Assembly: GCA_012295275.1 (NCBI GenBank)
Contig: CM022679.1
Location: 6,944,001 to 7,008,000, forward strand
Direction: 5' to 3'
Origin: Chrysomallon squamiferum
Taxonomy: Eukaryota > Animalia > Mollusca
Length of the DNA: 64,000 nt
The notes under the pieces were generated by a model that ran no database searches, was not told the origin of the DNA, and worked only from the letters and a program-made list of their open reading frames with translations. Below, in pieces: positions 1 through 33,926 of the stretch. The translations under genes and the position numbers were made by a program. Each line of letters opens with the position of its first letter. Positions within the stretch are counted from its first letter, which is position 1.

Positions 1-329
1 ATAAAACTGGGTCTTGGACCCAAACAATCACATCAGTATTCCCAGTTCATGTAACCTCCCCCAGGCTCTGTTCATTCATAAAGAGCTTTGAGCACAGACT
101 GGGACAGACAGAGAATTGAAAATATGGATTTGTTTTGCTTGGAGAGATCTACACATAATCTGTTTGTAGAAAATGACACTAATATTTGTTCCTTGTCAGT
201 TTGTAATTTCTTTCCAATCCAGTCTATTGATCAGCAAAGCCTGGAAAACTTTGATGAAGATTTCCATGGTCTGGCCAACATGATATCCTCTGACTGATGT
301 TGAGTGGTCAGTGGAGTTGACAGGTTTTG

Positions 330-520
330 CATGAATGAATATGGCAGCATCGATGAAAGGTCCATATGAATGAAAACAGCAGTGTAGATGACAAGTTCCA
401 TATGAATGAATACAGCAGCATAGATGACAAGTTCCATATGAATAAATACTGAAGTATAGATGACAAGTTCCATATAAATGAATACAGAAGTATAGCTTAC
501 AATTTCCATCTGACTGAATA
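330..520. repeat. 36-bp minisatellite, ~5 degenerate copies
   Basis: Unit tccatatgaatgaatacagcagcatagatgacaagt recurs at 361, 397, 433, 469 and 505 (partial); it explains the 12-aa repeats in ORF 231..638. Confidence 0.85.
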
Positions 521-876
521 CAAAGACCAGATAAATAAATATAACACAGTTGACAAGTAACAGCAACAGAGTTGACATGGGCCCCATGAATGAATACAGC
601 AGCTTTGTTAAATGACAGTTGTGTATTTTTTCAGTCATCTGTCAGTGTTGTCAACTAATGATAACTTCAACTTATTTGGTGGTTTTTTTATAATTTATAA
701 TAACCTTTTAAACTGTAATTATTCTAATTTATTCTAATTTTTTAAATGGTATTTATATTTTGACAAAAATGACTTTCAAATTTTATTGTTTGTATATAAT
801 ATATACACTAATAAATTTGTAATTAGAGTGAATAAATGTTTGTTAGTTACTGAAATTGTAACACATTTTTAATGGA

Positions 877-965
877 TTTTTTTCACTAATTATATTCATA
901 TATATTTTTCTTTTAGTTTATGATTTTTTTCACTAATTATATTCATATATATTTTTCTTTTAGTT
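877..965. repeat. Short direct tandem duplication (~45 bp x2)
   Basis: ttttttcactaattatattcatatatatttttcttttagttt occurs twice in tandem. Confidence 0.8.
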
Positions 966-1260
966 TTATTTTAGTGTTATTCTGGTTTTCCTTTATCTAT
1001 TAATAACACATATCTCGTGTTCATAAAATACATATTAATGAAACTGATATATCTTGCACGTGAAAGATGCATCCAACAAATAGCTTTCAGCTTGGTTAAT
1101 CTGAATATTATTATGACTGACATTAAAAAGTAACAAATCTTTGTACTGAAATTAAGGTGGTTAAAATAACATTTTTCAATTCCATCTTTCATAGACTCAT
1201 TGACAGAAAGCTGCCAGCTGATCCGCAGTTTGAATTAGTTTTTGTTTTTTGATTTATCAA

Positions 1261-1575
1261 GGGAAAAGACTTTATCTCAGTGGTAGAGTAGATGTCTTAG
1301 ATATGGCTCTTTGCAGGATTAAATCTACTGTGTTCTGCTGGGCTGTTTTGTTCCAGTTAGAGTTCCAAGGCCCAGACGAATGATTTATCAAACATATTGA
1401 AATTTATTCTTCTGTCCTGGGAAGATGTATATAAATGATTCCATGCTCCAAATTTTTAAAAGCGGTCAGTGTAGTGATGTCAGTAGATTTTCTGTGTTAA
1501 CATCATTATCAAAAAATTGGTTTTTTTTGTATAATCATTAACATTAAATTATACTGAGGTGTTAAATATTCATTC
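1261..1575 (+). mobile_element. Degenerate tRNA-derived SINE-like copy
   Basis: A-box-like ctcagtggtagag, B-box-like ggattaaatc, then gggctgttttgttccag; similar in reverse complement to 23610-23866. Confidence 0.45.
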
Positions 1576-3668
1576 AATTATTTTATAAATTTTACAATTT
1601 GGATGAGTAATCATATATTACTGAAAAAGACTGTTGACCCTGATTTACTAGTTAACACTGAGAATTATCAACCTAAGACATTGATGACTTAGTGAAATAT
1701 TTTTCACTGATGATGTATGAGGATTCCAAGGTTACTGTTACTAATAGCTGTTTAATATTTTTAACTGGACAGTTCAGTATAAAATGCACTAACTTATAGA
1801 TATGAAATGGAAGATAAATCTACTTAGCTGTGAATATTGATTTAAAATTGATGTACAGATTATCAATAACTTGGGTTTCACTCTTTTTATTAAGTCTACC
1901 TTTTTAAACATAATGCTAGTCAGCCATTTATATTGTTTTTCTGGCAGTCTTCATTGTGGGCTATGTTGATTACAGCAATTCATTTTTAAAGTCATATAAT
2001 TTGTTAGAAAAAAAAAGAATTTTACTAAGAGGGAAAAATTATTATATGGGAATTCACTTGGAAATAAAATTCTTAAATCTTGAAAATGTGATTGAAACAA
2101 AAGTTGTTATGTTTAACTGTTATTAGCTAAAAACATTTTAAGGGTTAAATGAGTATTTGGCTATGTGTCAAAAATTAAATATGATTGCACTAATTTTTGA
2201 AAAATTAATTAAAGAAAATGGAACTTTCCATTTAGTTAAAATAAATGATTTTGAAAAATGATTTAGGAAATACTGGATTCTGAAAAGAAAATACATGTAT
2301 ACATTTGAAGTGTCAGAATAGTTTTTAAAGAAAAGTAAATTAAATCTTATTTATATAAAAAAGATAATTTTATTTATCTTGCAGACCATGAATATATTAA
2401 TAAAACAATTACACTTTTTGTTTTCATACACAAAATAAAAATCATTTTTATTACAAGGTTTAGAATATGAATCTGTATCCTGAGCAAAATTCTCACAGAC
2501 TGGAGAAACAACACATTCAAGTTAGAATTTGACAAACTTCATCATTTCCATTACACTCTGAAATATTCTCATTGTTTAAGGAGAAAACAGCATTCCAAAC
2601 AAAGTAAAAAATAATAACAAGTTTACCTGTTCTTTTATCTTTTCAATTCCTTTTAACAATATTTCAACAAGATGCCTGTGGTTTGAATTTGTAAATATGT
2701 TATTGTGATTTTTTTGCCAATACCCAAACCTTTAGCTTCCCTTTTAACAAATTCCATCATTCCTTCAGTTAATTGTTATTTAACAGTTTCTATTAATGTT
2801 TTCCAAATGCCTCATTATATATAACAATTTTTACTTATCTTACTACTGCACAATTCTTGTTATTGCATTCAGTAATTTATATAACCTTACTAACAACTTG
2901 TATCAGTAACTCTTACCAAAATCTTTATTATTCCATTTAACAGAGTTCATCTACACCATTTGCCAAACCATTATCATCATGCTCAAGAAGTTCTACTCCT
3001 GTTAATCTTTTATCACCTAAACTGAAATAAAATGTTTGTGACAGCTCATTATGTCACAGCTTTAAGGCAGCATTGTTCAATATTTCTATGTTTTCTGTTG
3101 TCAGTCATGACTGGAATGAATCCATCTTCTCACCTCATTATAGTAATTTGTCACACTGAAACTAGTTATGAGAGGCAGATCCCAGGCAGCTCCAGGGGGC
3201 ATGTGTAAATAGCTTCATTCTGTGGAGGTCCTATGTCGACTACAAAATAGTTTGAGGAGAAATTGTTTCCTGTTACTTCTAGTTACTGAATCTGAGGCTT
3301 GATGTAATCTTTGAAATACATATTAAATTTTTTTTAATTTTAGTTGTACTTCTATAAAAGTAGTTTGTTTTGTTTTTTCAAACCTTTAAATCTTTCTCTT
3401 TTTTCCTTTCTGTCTCTATTTCCCTCTCTCTCTCTACAACTCTGAGTACCAACCTAGCTCTCTCTCTCTATCTCATGTTTATCCATCTGCATCTACCTCT
3501 TTGTCTGTCTATCCATTCATCTTTCATTTTCTCTCAGTTACTTTCTCTGAATTTCTTTTTATCTCAAAAATTTCAAATGACAAAGAAACAAAAGAAATGC
3601 AGTAAATTAAATGTAGCTAATAAATTATATTAAATAAATAAATATATAAATAAAATAAATAAATTATA

Positions 3669-3705
<37 letters not shown>

Positions 3706-5018
3706 AATAATAAACTCAGCTAAAACAAAATATTTAAATTACAATGAGAAATGATTTGCTGAGTTATCTAATATTCATTTTTGTACTATTTCCTTAGCAA
3801 CATTTCAGTTCAGCCTGGTTTAATAAATCCATCATGATTGATGTTGCTTTGGCATTGCTGTGTAAAATTACATTACTTCAAATTATTCCAATCAGACACA
3901 GTCTTTCACAAGCTAAAGACATTTCCATAATACTTTATCTTCTCAAATACTATCTTTATTTAATTTTAATAAATAATACACATCTCAACACTTCAAGTGC
4001 AGCAAATCCATTTATTTCAGTTCGTGTGCAACAATTTAAATTGGTATGAATAGAAATAGAAATAGATGGAAAAATAGACAAAAATACAGAAGGACTGATA
4101 GACACAAGCAGAGATGTAAAGAGAAAAACAGATATATAAGATAGAAAATAAATAGGTATAGAAAATTAACATATTGTCATAGTGACTGAATAATATATTT
4201 GTGACATTAATAATATATCAACTATGTTTAAAATATACTAAACGTATTATATTTATTCACCCACCACCACCCCCACACACACACACACACAATTAGTCAA
4301 AGGTTGTCTTGATGGCCCAGTGGTATTGTCTTCAGCCTTCTGAGTGAGGGCGTATGGGTGACATACTTTTGAGTCTTATCAGTGAGGTCATTTGTGAGGT
4401 CATGATTATCCTTTTGTGCTACTAGGTTCCTGAGTATTGTCTATGTGCAGGTCTAATCAGATGTACTTAAGGCAGATAATATTCAGTCTTAAAATACATA
4501 TATACATATATAGTTACACATATCTATATACATACATTCCATTTAGAATGAATATGCAGTAATAATTTCTGATTCTATACATCAGTAAATTTTACTGAAA
4601 AAAGTTAAGGTCATTCCTGGAAAGTGTGAGCTGTTGATGACACAGATAAAGCAGGTGATAATAATCTTTAAATAGGGAGGCAAATATAACACATTATAAA
4701 TAAGTGTTCATTGTGGACTAATACCAAGACATCATTACAAGAATCAATAGTTGACTAATTATAAGCCACACACAGCTTGGCGGATGTTGTTAACATGATG
4801 TATAGAGATAGGAGGAAATTATTTCTGTCTCTACCTATTTTCTAAACATTCAGCATTTCCAAAAAAAGATTTTTTTTACTTTTGGCATTTTACCACTATT
4901 CTCTTTCAAAACTGAATATCTGTAGACTTCTACTAGTTTGAGAGGACATTTTATATTTATTTTATAAAACTAAAATACACATTCAGATTTATATATTTTT
5001 AAATTACATAAAGAGTGA

Positions 5019-5022
<4 letters not shown>

Positions 5023-5113
<91 letters not shown>
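5023..5113. repeat. (GA)n microsatellite
   Basis: Perfect GA run. Confidence 0.95.
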
Positions 5114-5115
<2 letters not shown>

Positions 5116-8100
5116 AAAACATTGAATAATCTTTCTGCATTAATCTTCATTGATCCCACTGTTCACTGTTTGTGACCAGGATGTGACTACATTCTTACTT
5201 CAGAATTAGAATTTGATTATCTATCTACTTTATTACTTCAGAAATAGAATTATGCTTTCCTATTTTACAGCAATAAGAATCAGATCATGATTGCAGTCCT
5301 CAAACCATGATCCTCCTCTATCTACCATCACCTCACACTAAACAAATGAAACTGATTAAAATGATAATGCACAATCTACACTGATATTTGCTATAAGAAG
5401 AAACTTTTTATTTTTAATATACCATTTCAATATAGACTCCAGAAGGCCTGTGATTAGATCAGCCTTTGGCTATTTCTATCTTCTGTAACATCTCTATGCA
5501 GACATTATTGGCACTGTTCCTTATTTGTTGTTATGTGAATAAAATCTGTCATTTGTATTACTGTCACATTGATTCATGCAGTGGTAATATGTTGGCTGCC
5601 ACTAAAGATATAGCAACTTGCACAGATAATGAATGTAGTTTTATTTTTCCATTTACTTTTACTGACAGTTACTTCTCTCTCTCTGAGAAATAAAACATTT
5701 ATACTGAAAATATTATTATTAATATGGACATGGTCTGCTATGCAAGTTATAATTCTTCATAAACAGAAACAGACTTTCTTTTGCTTACTGTGTTTCTTCA
5801 TGAATAAACAGAGTTTGTGATATATATTATAATTCTGTCACAGAGTGATTTGTAACTACAAGGAAGATATTACAATTAATATCACACATTACAAAAATGA
5901 TATTATTGTTATTTTTTACTTTCTCTGAGGGTATGTTCATCTTTTTGCAAGTCTCTATTCATATACATTAATATTTATGTCAATGAAATATTGACATAAT
6001 AAAATGGGCCTTATTTATTTTTATAATGTAAGCCACATTCCATTTTTTTAGTGATACGGTCAGAAAAAGCCATTTCAGTTTTGTTTTGTTTTTATGTTTT
6101 TTATTTCTTTGTTGTTGTTGTTTTTGTTGGGGGTTTTCCAGTGTATTTCTGGAGGAAAGCATTTTAAAATGAACACTACAGTGTTTAAGACTGACCACAA
6201 AATCATACCATAATAGTTTTTGATTTGCAGATGGGTGTTTTAAAATGGACATAATCTAGTAATATTGATCACAAAGATTAGATATTTATTTTTAGTGCAT
6301 TATTAATGTGGACAGAGCAAGATATTTAATTGGATAGCAAGCATTCCAGGAAACCTGATGACTAGTCTTCTTCTTTCTAATAATATTAATAAAGACAGTG
6401 ACTTCTGTGATGTGTATTTTGCTTCTTCAAAGTTGATTTTTTATCTCCGTCAGTATGATTTGCAGGAGGATTAATTAAAACAGGCACCATGTAATACTGA
6501 TGTCTAAACCACATTGTTTTCTTTTGGTTTTATTAATGTGGAAAAGAATATGCTGTCTTTATTTTCCTTCTGAGATGGTTATGTTTATTCTCCTCTGGTG
6601 ATAGTCATATGTTCAAATTCTTCTATTTATTTTAATGCCTCAAAATGTTTACTTTTCATTCACCACAAAGGAATGATATTAAAATTGGTGTTACACAAGA
6701 TTGTGATTTTGACTCAAAATAGTTTAGGTTTTTCTTTTCTTTTCTTCTTCTTTTTCTTCTTCTTATTGATTCAGACACTGTATCCTATGTACAGAATATA
6801 TTTAAATAGGCACCATGCATCATAATAATATTAATATTTTTCTTCTTTTCTTTCTTATTTGTAATTTTAGTCAGTGTCATATGTAACAGATCTTTTAAAG
6901 ACCACTGTTAATGTTAATCTATGGGAAGGCATATTTAAAGATTATATTCTGCTAATCAGTAAGAATAGCAGTGAAAGCAGTTTTCACTTCTCATTTCACA
7001 GTCATATGAAAAATACTATTCACATATATATGTACCTAGGAGGTAATAAATATTTATTTCTGGTGATATTAATGTCAATAGTCTACATTATTTCTTTTCT
7101 TGCTTTTAACTTTTTGTTTGATTACTTTCTAACCACTGAGAAAAGTTTAATATTGTCATGTTTTAAATAGTTATTGGTTTATTTGAAGATTAAAATATTA
7201 ATAATAATAATAAATAATGTAACTAAATAAATAAATATATTAAACAAAAACAAAAGATAGACTTTACTTTCTTCATTTTCCTTCCAAATGGGCCTTCAAT
7301 AATGAAAACTAAATTGGGGAAGAACAGATAACAAGATTAGTCATTTTCACCATACGTAATACTCTACTGTGTTTACTAGCTGTACCCATAGGAATCAAAG
7401 ACCATGTTGACATGCATTTCTTACTGATGAAAATGTACAACAAAAATATTAAATGCTATGTAGAACATCCACTGGCAACTATATATCCTTGTGTGTGTGC
7501 ATGCATATATGTGTGTGTGTGTGTGTGTGAATAAATATATAATGTGCTATATAATATATGCTATATAAATGGGTGGCTGTCTGAGATATTTTAAGTTACC
7601 AAGAGTAAATAAATATCAGAATATTTTTGACATGGCCACTTAATTTTGCTTAAATATTTAATTTTGCTTGACTTCATACATCAACATATGTATTCTTTTG
7701 ACTGTACTGAAAAATGCTGACAATTACTCTGTGGAGACATATGGATGAATAGATGGATGGATATATGCATGGGCATATACTAATTTCAGAAAATTATTTA
7801 AATCAGTGAATATTTGTTTAATGACACCTCATGCCTTTATATTAATAGGTTATGAGGTTTCAGTTATATTGTTTTATAATGAAATTATGTGAAGGGAAAC
7901 CATGGTGTGAGCTTTTGTTATTGATTAGCAGCAATCTTATATATATATATATATATATATTGAAAATCTGGAAAATACACTGAGATGTGCCAGCAAGATG
8001 CAAGTATTTTATCTTGGAAAATAGCCCCACTGGTGCACTGTAGAATACTGATCAAGTAACTCAATTCCCTTAGGAGATCAACAACAACTGTGCTGTTTTA

Positions 8101-9276
8101 CTGAAATAATGAAAGGCATATATCATGATCACTGCTGATATACCAGGAGTATAACTGACAACTGTTATAACAATCATAGAATAGAAAATTATGAAGTTAT
8201 ATACACAAAGGATTGATCCTGTAGCCAAACTCTCATAGACTATATCACTTCCTATTGAGCAGCTTGTTAATTAATTCTAAAGCCAGAAGATCATACGAGT
8301 TTATGTCTGATATAGGAGACCACTTTATTTGCTAGTCACTGAAGCAAGAGTAACACGTAATGATGTTACCCTTAACAGAAGCATGAAATGTTAGAAAACT
8401 TGTAACAATCTAGAATTTGTGAGTTGTTTAATCACAGACAGTATTAATCTTTGATTCCTTTAGCAGCATCATTGATGATTAATCACCCACCATAATGATG
8501 GTTTCCAGGTCATGTGATAGATGGAGGACAAAAGCGAAATTAATTGATGTTCTTAACTTGTCTTATGATTAGCAAAGGTTTCTATGTGGACAAACACTTT
8601 CACTTGATTTTCATCTACTAATACATTTATTTTAGATGAGTAAATATACTCACAGGTAGATATACACAAACAAACATATTAATATGTTTCAATAACAATA
8701 TTATTATTGTTTTTGAACTGAAATTATCCACATGCTGAAATGCATTATATGCTGAAATTATTTAGTGGCAGAGATTCTTTAGCTATTGAAATCATTTAAC
8801 TGTAAACATCCTTTAGCAGTTGAAATGTGAATAATCTAACCAGTACTTAATATCTTTAAATAGCAAGCATACAGAAAGTGTGAAATGATCATTGTAAATG
8901 TAATTTAGTCATACAAAAGAAAGCATGTCAAACTAATACGGTCAATACCAACCATTAGACACCTAAACTGCCAGCATTAGGGGATTCAGAAATTAAGAAC
9001 AATAATTTCAAAAATTCATGAAGAGAAATCTTAATAACAGCACAAATAAATAAATATCTGTTTAACAGTTTAACCACTTTTTGCCTTTAATAGTTTGGGT
9101 AGCTGAAATATCATTTCTTATTCACTTTTATCAACACAGGAAGCAACATATCACAGCTTTTTTATAATTAATCATAAACCTCTTTCTGAATTAGGAAGAG
9201 TCTTTGTTTGCATTTTTTCAGTATGTCTTTGGATCTATTTTCACTTTCTCTTTCACAAACTCTCCCTATATTGCTA

Positions 9277-9323
<47 letters not shown>

Positions 9324-9407
9324 CTCTCTCTTTGTGTCAGCCTGTTGTATGTGCATATGTAAACCACTGCTAAATTACATGATTAACATTTGCTTTCTCT
9401 TCTTCAG

Positions 9408-28352
<18,945 letters not shown>

Positions 28353-29568
28353 TCTCCACCTCCCTCACTCAACAATAAATCAGCATTATTTTAAAGAGAA
28401 TTCACTGCTGTTAAAAAAACAATTATTTTATTACAAAGTAGAAAAGATGTAACTGCTTAAAAAAATATGTATTACACAAATGCAAAGAATGTTTAGAAAC
28501 TGAAAACTAATGTTAGATAAAAAGAAATCTCAGGAGGTTTAGAAATAAATTGTTTTGAAAGATATAACCATCCAGGAATGTTTAAAAACAGAAAATTCAT
28601 ACTGACCAAAGTGCTGTTGTTTTGGGGGATTTTTAGTGCAGTAAAGAAAGCTGATAGATGATAACATTAGTAAAAATATTTTTGTGACAGAAAACTGTGG
28701 AGAAAGAAATAATTGTTCAGAGAGGAATCAACAAAGTTGTTTTATGAAGAAGATTTTTATTAAAATAACTGGAATTTCTGTTTTGTACATTGCATTTAAG
28801 TTGTTGCTTTTCTCTCTCCCTTTTTTAATTTCTTTTTTATTTATTTATTTATTAATTTATTTATTTTGATTTTTGGGGTGTTTTGGACATGGGTGGGGGT
28901 GAAGTCAGTGTGCCTGACTCTGATCAATTATCAAATGTTACAGCCACCACCCTTTCTGAAATCCTGGAACTGCCCTTCATTTGTCAACATTTAAAATCAT
29001 TATTATAAAACCACTGTTAGAATCACATTTTAGTGATGTAAAACATTCTTATATAGGTATGACAAATATTTGTCATTCCTTTACTTTACATATTTAGCTT
29101 TATGCAGGTTAATTATTTTGAAAATCAGTTAAATATCTATTAATATTTAACAAATTCAAAAAACAAATTTTTCCCACATCCCATTTTCTCTTTTGGGTTA
29201 AAATGACAGCTAAATTTTTTGGTTACAAACATTTACTTTTGTGCTCAGTATATAATTTTAACCCCCAAGATTTCCCTGTGACTGACTGTTTGATTTGCTG
29301 CTAACAATATTCTTTTTAATATTTCATTCCATAGATATAACCTGTTTTATTTAAGACTGTTCATGCTCCTCAAAATAGACATTATTCAATGTCAGCAATT
29401 TTGTTTTGATTCCATACTCAAATAATTTGTTTCTTTTAAGGTTATTCCATGCAACATGTAGTTAGATATATTTAGTATTATTTTAATCCAAATGTTTTCA
29501 TGCCCATGTTCCATTTTGTTTCAAGAATTCTCCATATAAGCTAATTCAGTTCCACAAAACATTATTTT

Positions 29569-29600
<32 letters not shown>

Positions 29601-32020
29601 CTTTTTGAAATCATAATTATGCCAGTTAATACATCAAAGGCCCAATACCAACTAAATTTTTATCTTTAAATAATTAGAACATTTAAATATTATTTTTCAG
29701 TTTTAAAATTTAAACCAAACATTGATTTTATTTTAAAAACAAAACCAGATTATTTATTTTCAATCTTAAAATACTGTGATACTGTGTACATAATGAATGA
29801 AAAGGATAGTTTATAGTGTATTTAGTATAATGTATGTATTACAAAACATACCTTTTTCTAATTATTTGTATATAGTTGTACATACATATATATATATTAT
29901 CACATCTAATGTTATATAGGGTTTTTATTGCATAACATTGTACTGTGAGGACAGTTCATTATGTATATGGTGTGTCTGTTTTTGTAGATATTTGGTAAAT
30001 ATTGTTTCAGTGTGAAATTCATTGTTATTACTGGTATTTATTTATTTATTTATTTATTTTATACCGTTAAAACAAAAATAAAATTGTCTTGAATAATTGT
30101 CGACGTCATCATGCATTAATATACATTCATACATACATACATACATACATACATACATACACATGTATATAAAATGTTTTAAATATTCAGCTGAAGTAAG
30201 ATAGTTAAAACATGAGTTTTTCACAAGTTTTTTGATGATAGGAATTAATTATATTTATAGTATGAATCAGATTTTAACTATTATAAAATGAATCGGATAT
30301 ACAATATTACATAAGGAATCAGATATTTGTCATCTATGTGTATATATACATATTTCCATTCTATCAACTGTTTTATCATCTATATGAATAAACACAAACA
30401 TTACATTATGTTTTATACATACATGCAAATGCACACACACACACACACGAGAATATGTGCATATAATATTTCTCCATATAATAATTACAATTTATTTCAT
30501 ATCTGATTTATTTATCATTAAAAAAAATAGTAGTCATTATTTAATTTCATGTCTGTCTGATGTAAATCTTGTACACATCCTGTTTTGTTTCTTTCCTTCA
30601 ATCTTTAATAGTAAAGTATGACAATCTCATGCAGATGCTTGTGTAGCTTTTTCTTTAGTATAAGTAAAGAGAGTAATGTGGAAGAAAATAAAACGTTCTT
30701 AGCCATTTGTTTATACCACCTCAGTTATATTTTAAAACATATCTTAAGGAGATATTATTGTAAATAATATGTAATTAAACAAAGATAATAAAAACTGTTG
30801 ATGTTATTTCTAAAAAGTGTAGTTTATTTTTTATTTGATATTATTCTTAATTTTAAAGTTAATTCTATGAATATGTTTATATCTCAGTTTTACATAGTAT
30901 TTAACTTTACTTTTCAATCTAATGTGCACTATCAGATTAATACACATAGTCCAAGATATAATGTGGCTTCTTATCTGAGGGAAGGTAAATATTAAAAGAG
31001 CTATTTCCTTTGTTTATAAGAGAAGCCCGTATGTTGTAAATCATTTAAATCTTAGATACAGGTCCATTATATAAACTGATATCACTTCACCCATGGATCT
31101 TTTCTTTCTGCTGCCAGTGTCTACCAGTGTTTTTAACTAAACTGTGTCATTTAATTTCTTGTGGATATGCTCATATTAGATTCCTTCATTTTGATCTATT
31201 GGTAACACAGTTATACGTATCTTCCTAAAATTAATGAAAGCTATGCAACAGTCTTTGATAAACTATCTTTAACATTGAAAATATGACTGTCAGTTGATTG
31301 CATTAGCACTTTAATTCATTTTCTTATTTATTATTTATTGTTAATTTATTGTAGAAACAAATTTTATCAGTTTCATTATTATTTTTATTATTTGATAAAA
31401 TTATTGATTTTAATGTTCTTATTTTAGTTATTATTTGTTTAGGTTTCACTAAGTATTACTTAGTCATATAAAACACTAATATAAAAACAGAAAACAAACG
31501 AACGGTTTGAAAATATCAATAATACATATGATGTTTATTTAATAAAAATAAAAAGTAAAATCCGACAACCGAAACAGCAATATAAATTCACAATATACAT
31601 AATATAAAATATAAATATATATATAATTATACACCTCTTTCAAATATAAACATTTACAAAAATCCAACCCCCAAACAAACATACCAAATAACAGACATGT
31701 ACAAAACCGAATAACTAAATCATAATACAGTGGCCTGTCATTTAGCTTATATTTGTTTCAACAAAGTCATAATAGTAGAAGCTTATCTCTCTGGACATAG
31801 TATTTTGTTGGAAAAAAATATAAGATTGTTTATTTTATTTTTAATTAATTTGTTTGTTTTATTGTTGTGTTGGTTTTAATTCTTCTTTGTTTTTTTTTGG
31901 TTTTTCTTAATTTTTTTTTTTTATAAATCCATTGCCAGTAAAACAGTTCTTTGTTGCTTTTCCAACCACGGCACAAAAAGCCATCATGATACAATCATAA
32001 TTTAAAGTAACTAACTGAAC

Positions 32021-32101
<81 letters not shown>

Positions 32102-33210
32102 ATAAATAAATAAATAAATAAAAATTAGAAGAAGAAGAAGAAGCATGAAAAAATGGTGTGGAACAGAAAAGCAAATATGAATTGAAAACCTAATTAAAAA
32201 TCAGGATAATCAATAATTTCAGCAGCGTTTCTTATTTGCGTAGGCCGTAAAGGCGTTCACACATTGACATGCATCGTACGGCCTGGCGCATGTTTGCTCG
32301 ATTAGCCAAAACATGAAGTTAGCGGGACCTTTCTTCCTCAAGTATACCGTATATAGTTCGTGAGCCTTCAAAATAAATAAATAAACAAATTAGAGAATAA
32401 ACAAAAAGGAAACGACGAAAGTGAGACTATTCACATCATTACTGACAATAATTATATTGTTTTATAACATAAATTAAGTTTGAAATAAATAAAGTAAAAT
32501 AAAATAAAATAATATAGTTTTAATACACCAAGAGATAGTTACATGTAAAAGTCTTTCTGTTACTTTCATAACAACAAAATAAATAAGGTGTACGTAAATG
32601 TCTTCTATACCTTCTCGTAGCCCAAGCACTGGAGCTTTCTTCCCGTAACAGGTCCGATTCCTGGCACGGTCATGACAGATTTGCAACCCATTGGCTCTTT
32701 GATAAATGCCTCATATTTGCAGGTTCTTTTTGCCATTTTTGAAACAATTGAATAAAGCTAGGGAGACAGAAAAATAAAATTTAATTGGAAGACAGATAAC
32801 AGAATGATTGTCATTTCGAAACAAAGAACAATTACATGTTAAAAGGTCTTAATGAAGATGTAAGACAGAATCCAGCAGCTCCAGTTCCTTGAAATATCAG
32901 GGAATTTTAAAATTTTCACTTTTTTCTTTTATCTTCTTCTTCTTATTATTATTATTTTGTTGTTGTTGTTTATAAACACTTTACGGAAAAGACGAGCGCA
33001 AAACCAGTCGTGGATCTCTAGACTAAACAATAGAAAATACCCCAGAAATAGTCTGCAGTGTGTTTCTAATAATCGTTACTCAAGAACAGATTCAAAAACA
33101 TAATAATAACAGCTATGATAAATAAAATAAATAAAATTGTTAGAGAGAGAGAGAGAGAGAGAGAAAAAAAAATAAAAGAAAAACATGAAAATAAAAAAAT
33201 AAAATAAATG

Positions 33211-33245
<35 letters not shown>

Positions 33246-33674
33246 TGAAATGGAAACAAAGTAGAACAGATATATATATAACTGTAACAGATATTAATAT
33301 TAATTTTTTTCGGAAAGAATTATGATGTTAAACACTGTTATACCAATCCAATTTTCAATTCATTAATTTCTCTCTCTTTTTTTTTTTTTCTTTTTTTCTT
33401 TTTTTCTTTTAAACAGTGTTTTGCAGCACTGTCTAAATCCGTTACTTTTACTATTGTTTTATCGCGAGTTTCGGTTACAAGACATTATACTATAAATTAA
33501 ACTGAACGGTTGCATTCATTCGTTTTCTTGAGCGAAAACTTTATATAATTGTCCCTGGAGCAATAACTTTTAAATCATTGCCGTTTCCCACCAGTCACTG
33601 CTGATGACAAATATTTAATAAACTTACAACAAATTATTCGTCTGGGTCCCTTTGTTCTGGCTCTTTTTGATTAA

Positions 33675-33730
33675 TGACGTCAACAACGGTCGCTCCCATG
33701 CATTTCAATTATTGACGTCATCTGGCGGGA
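33675..33730. promoter_or_regulatory. Two CRE palindromes plus an E2F/CTCF-like motif
   Basis: TGACGTCA at 33675 and 33713; tggcggga at 33723; reverse strand ccgccagatgacg. Confidence 0.3.
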
Positions 33731-33875
33731 GATGTTATATTTTGAACTCCGTTCGGTTAGGGGAATGCAGTATCGCTGCTGTATCTTCTAAACAAGATAT
33801 ATCCGTTTTTATTTATTTATTTATTTATTTAGAGGTTTGAATACTCAATTTGATTAATAAAGTTCATTAAATAAA

Positions 33876-33926
<51 letters not shown>

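Noticed and set aside
32613-32675. tRNA-like ggtccgattcctggc
   Set aside because: No cloverleaf; at most a decayed SINE head
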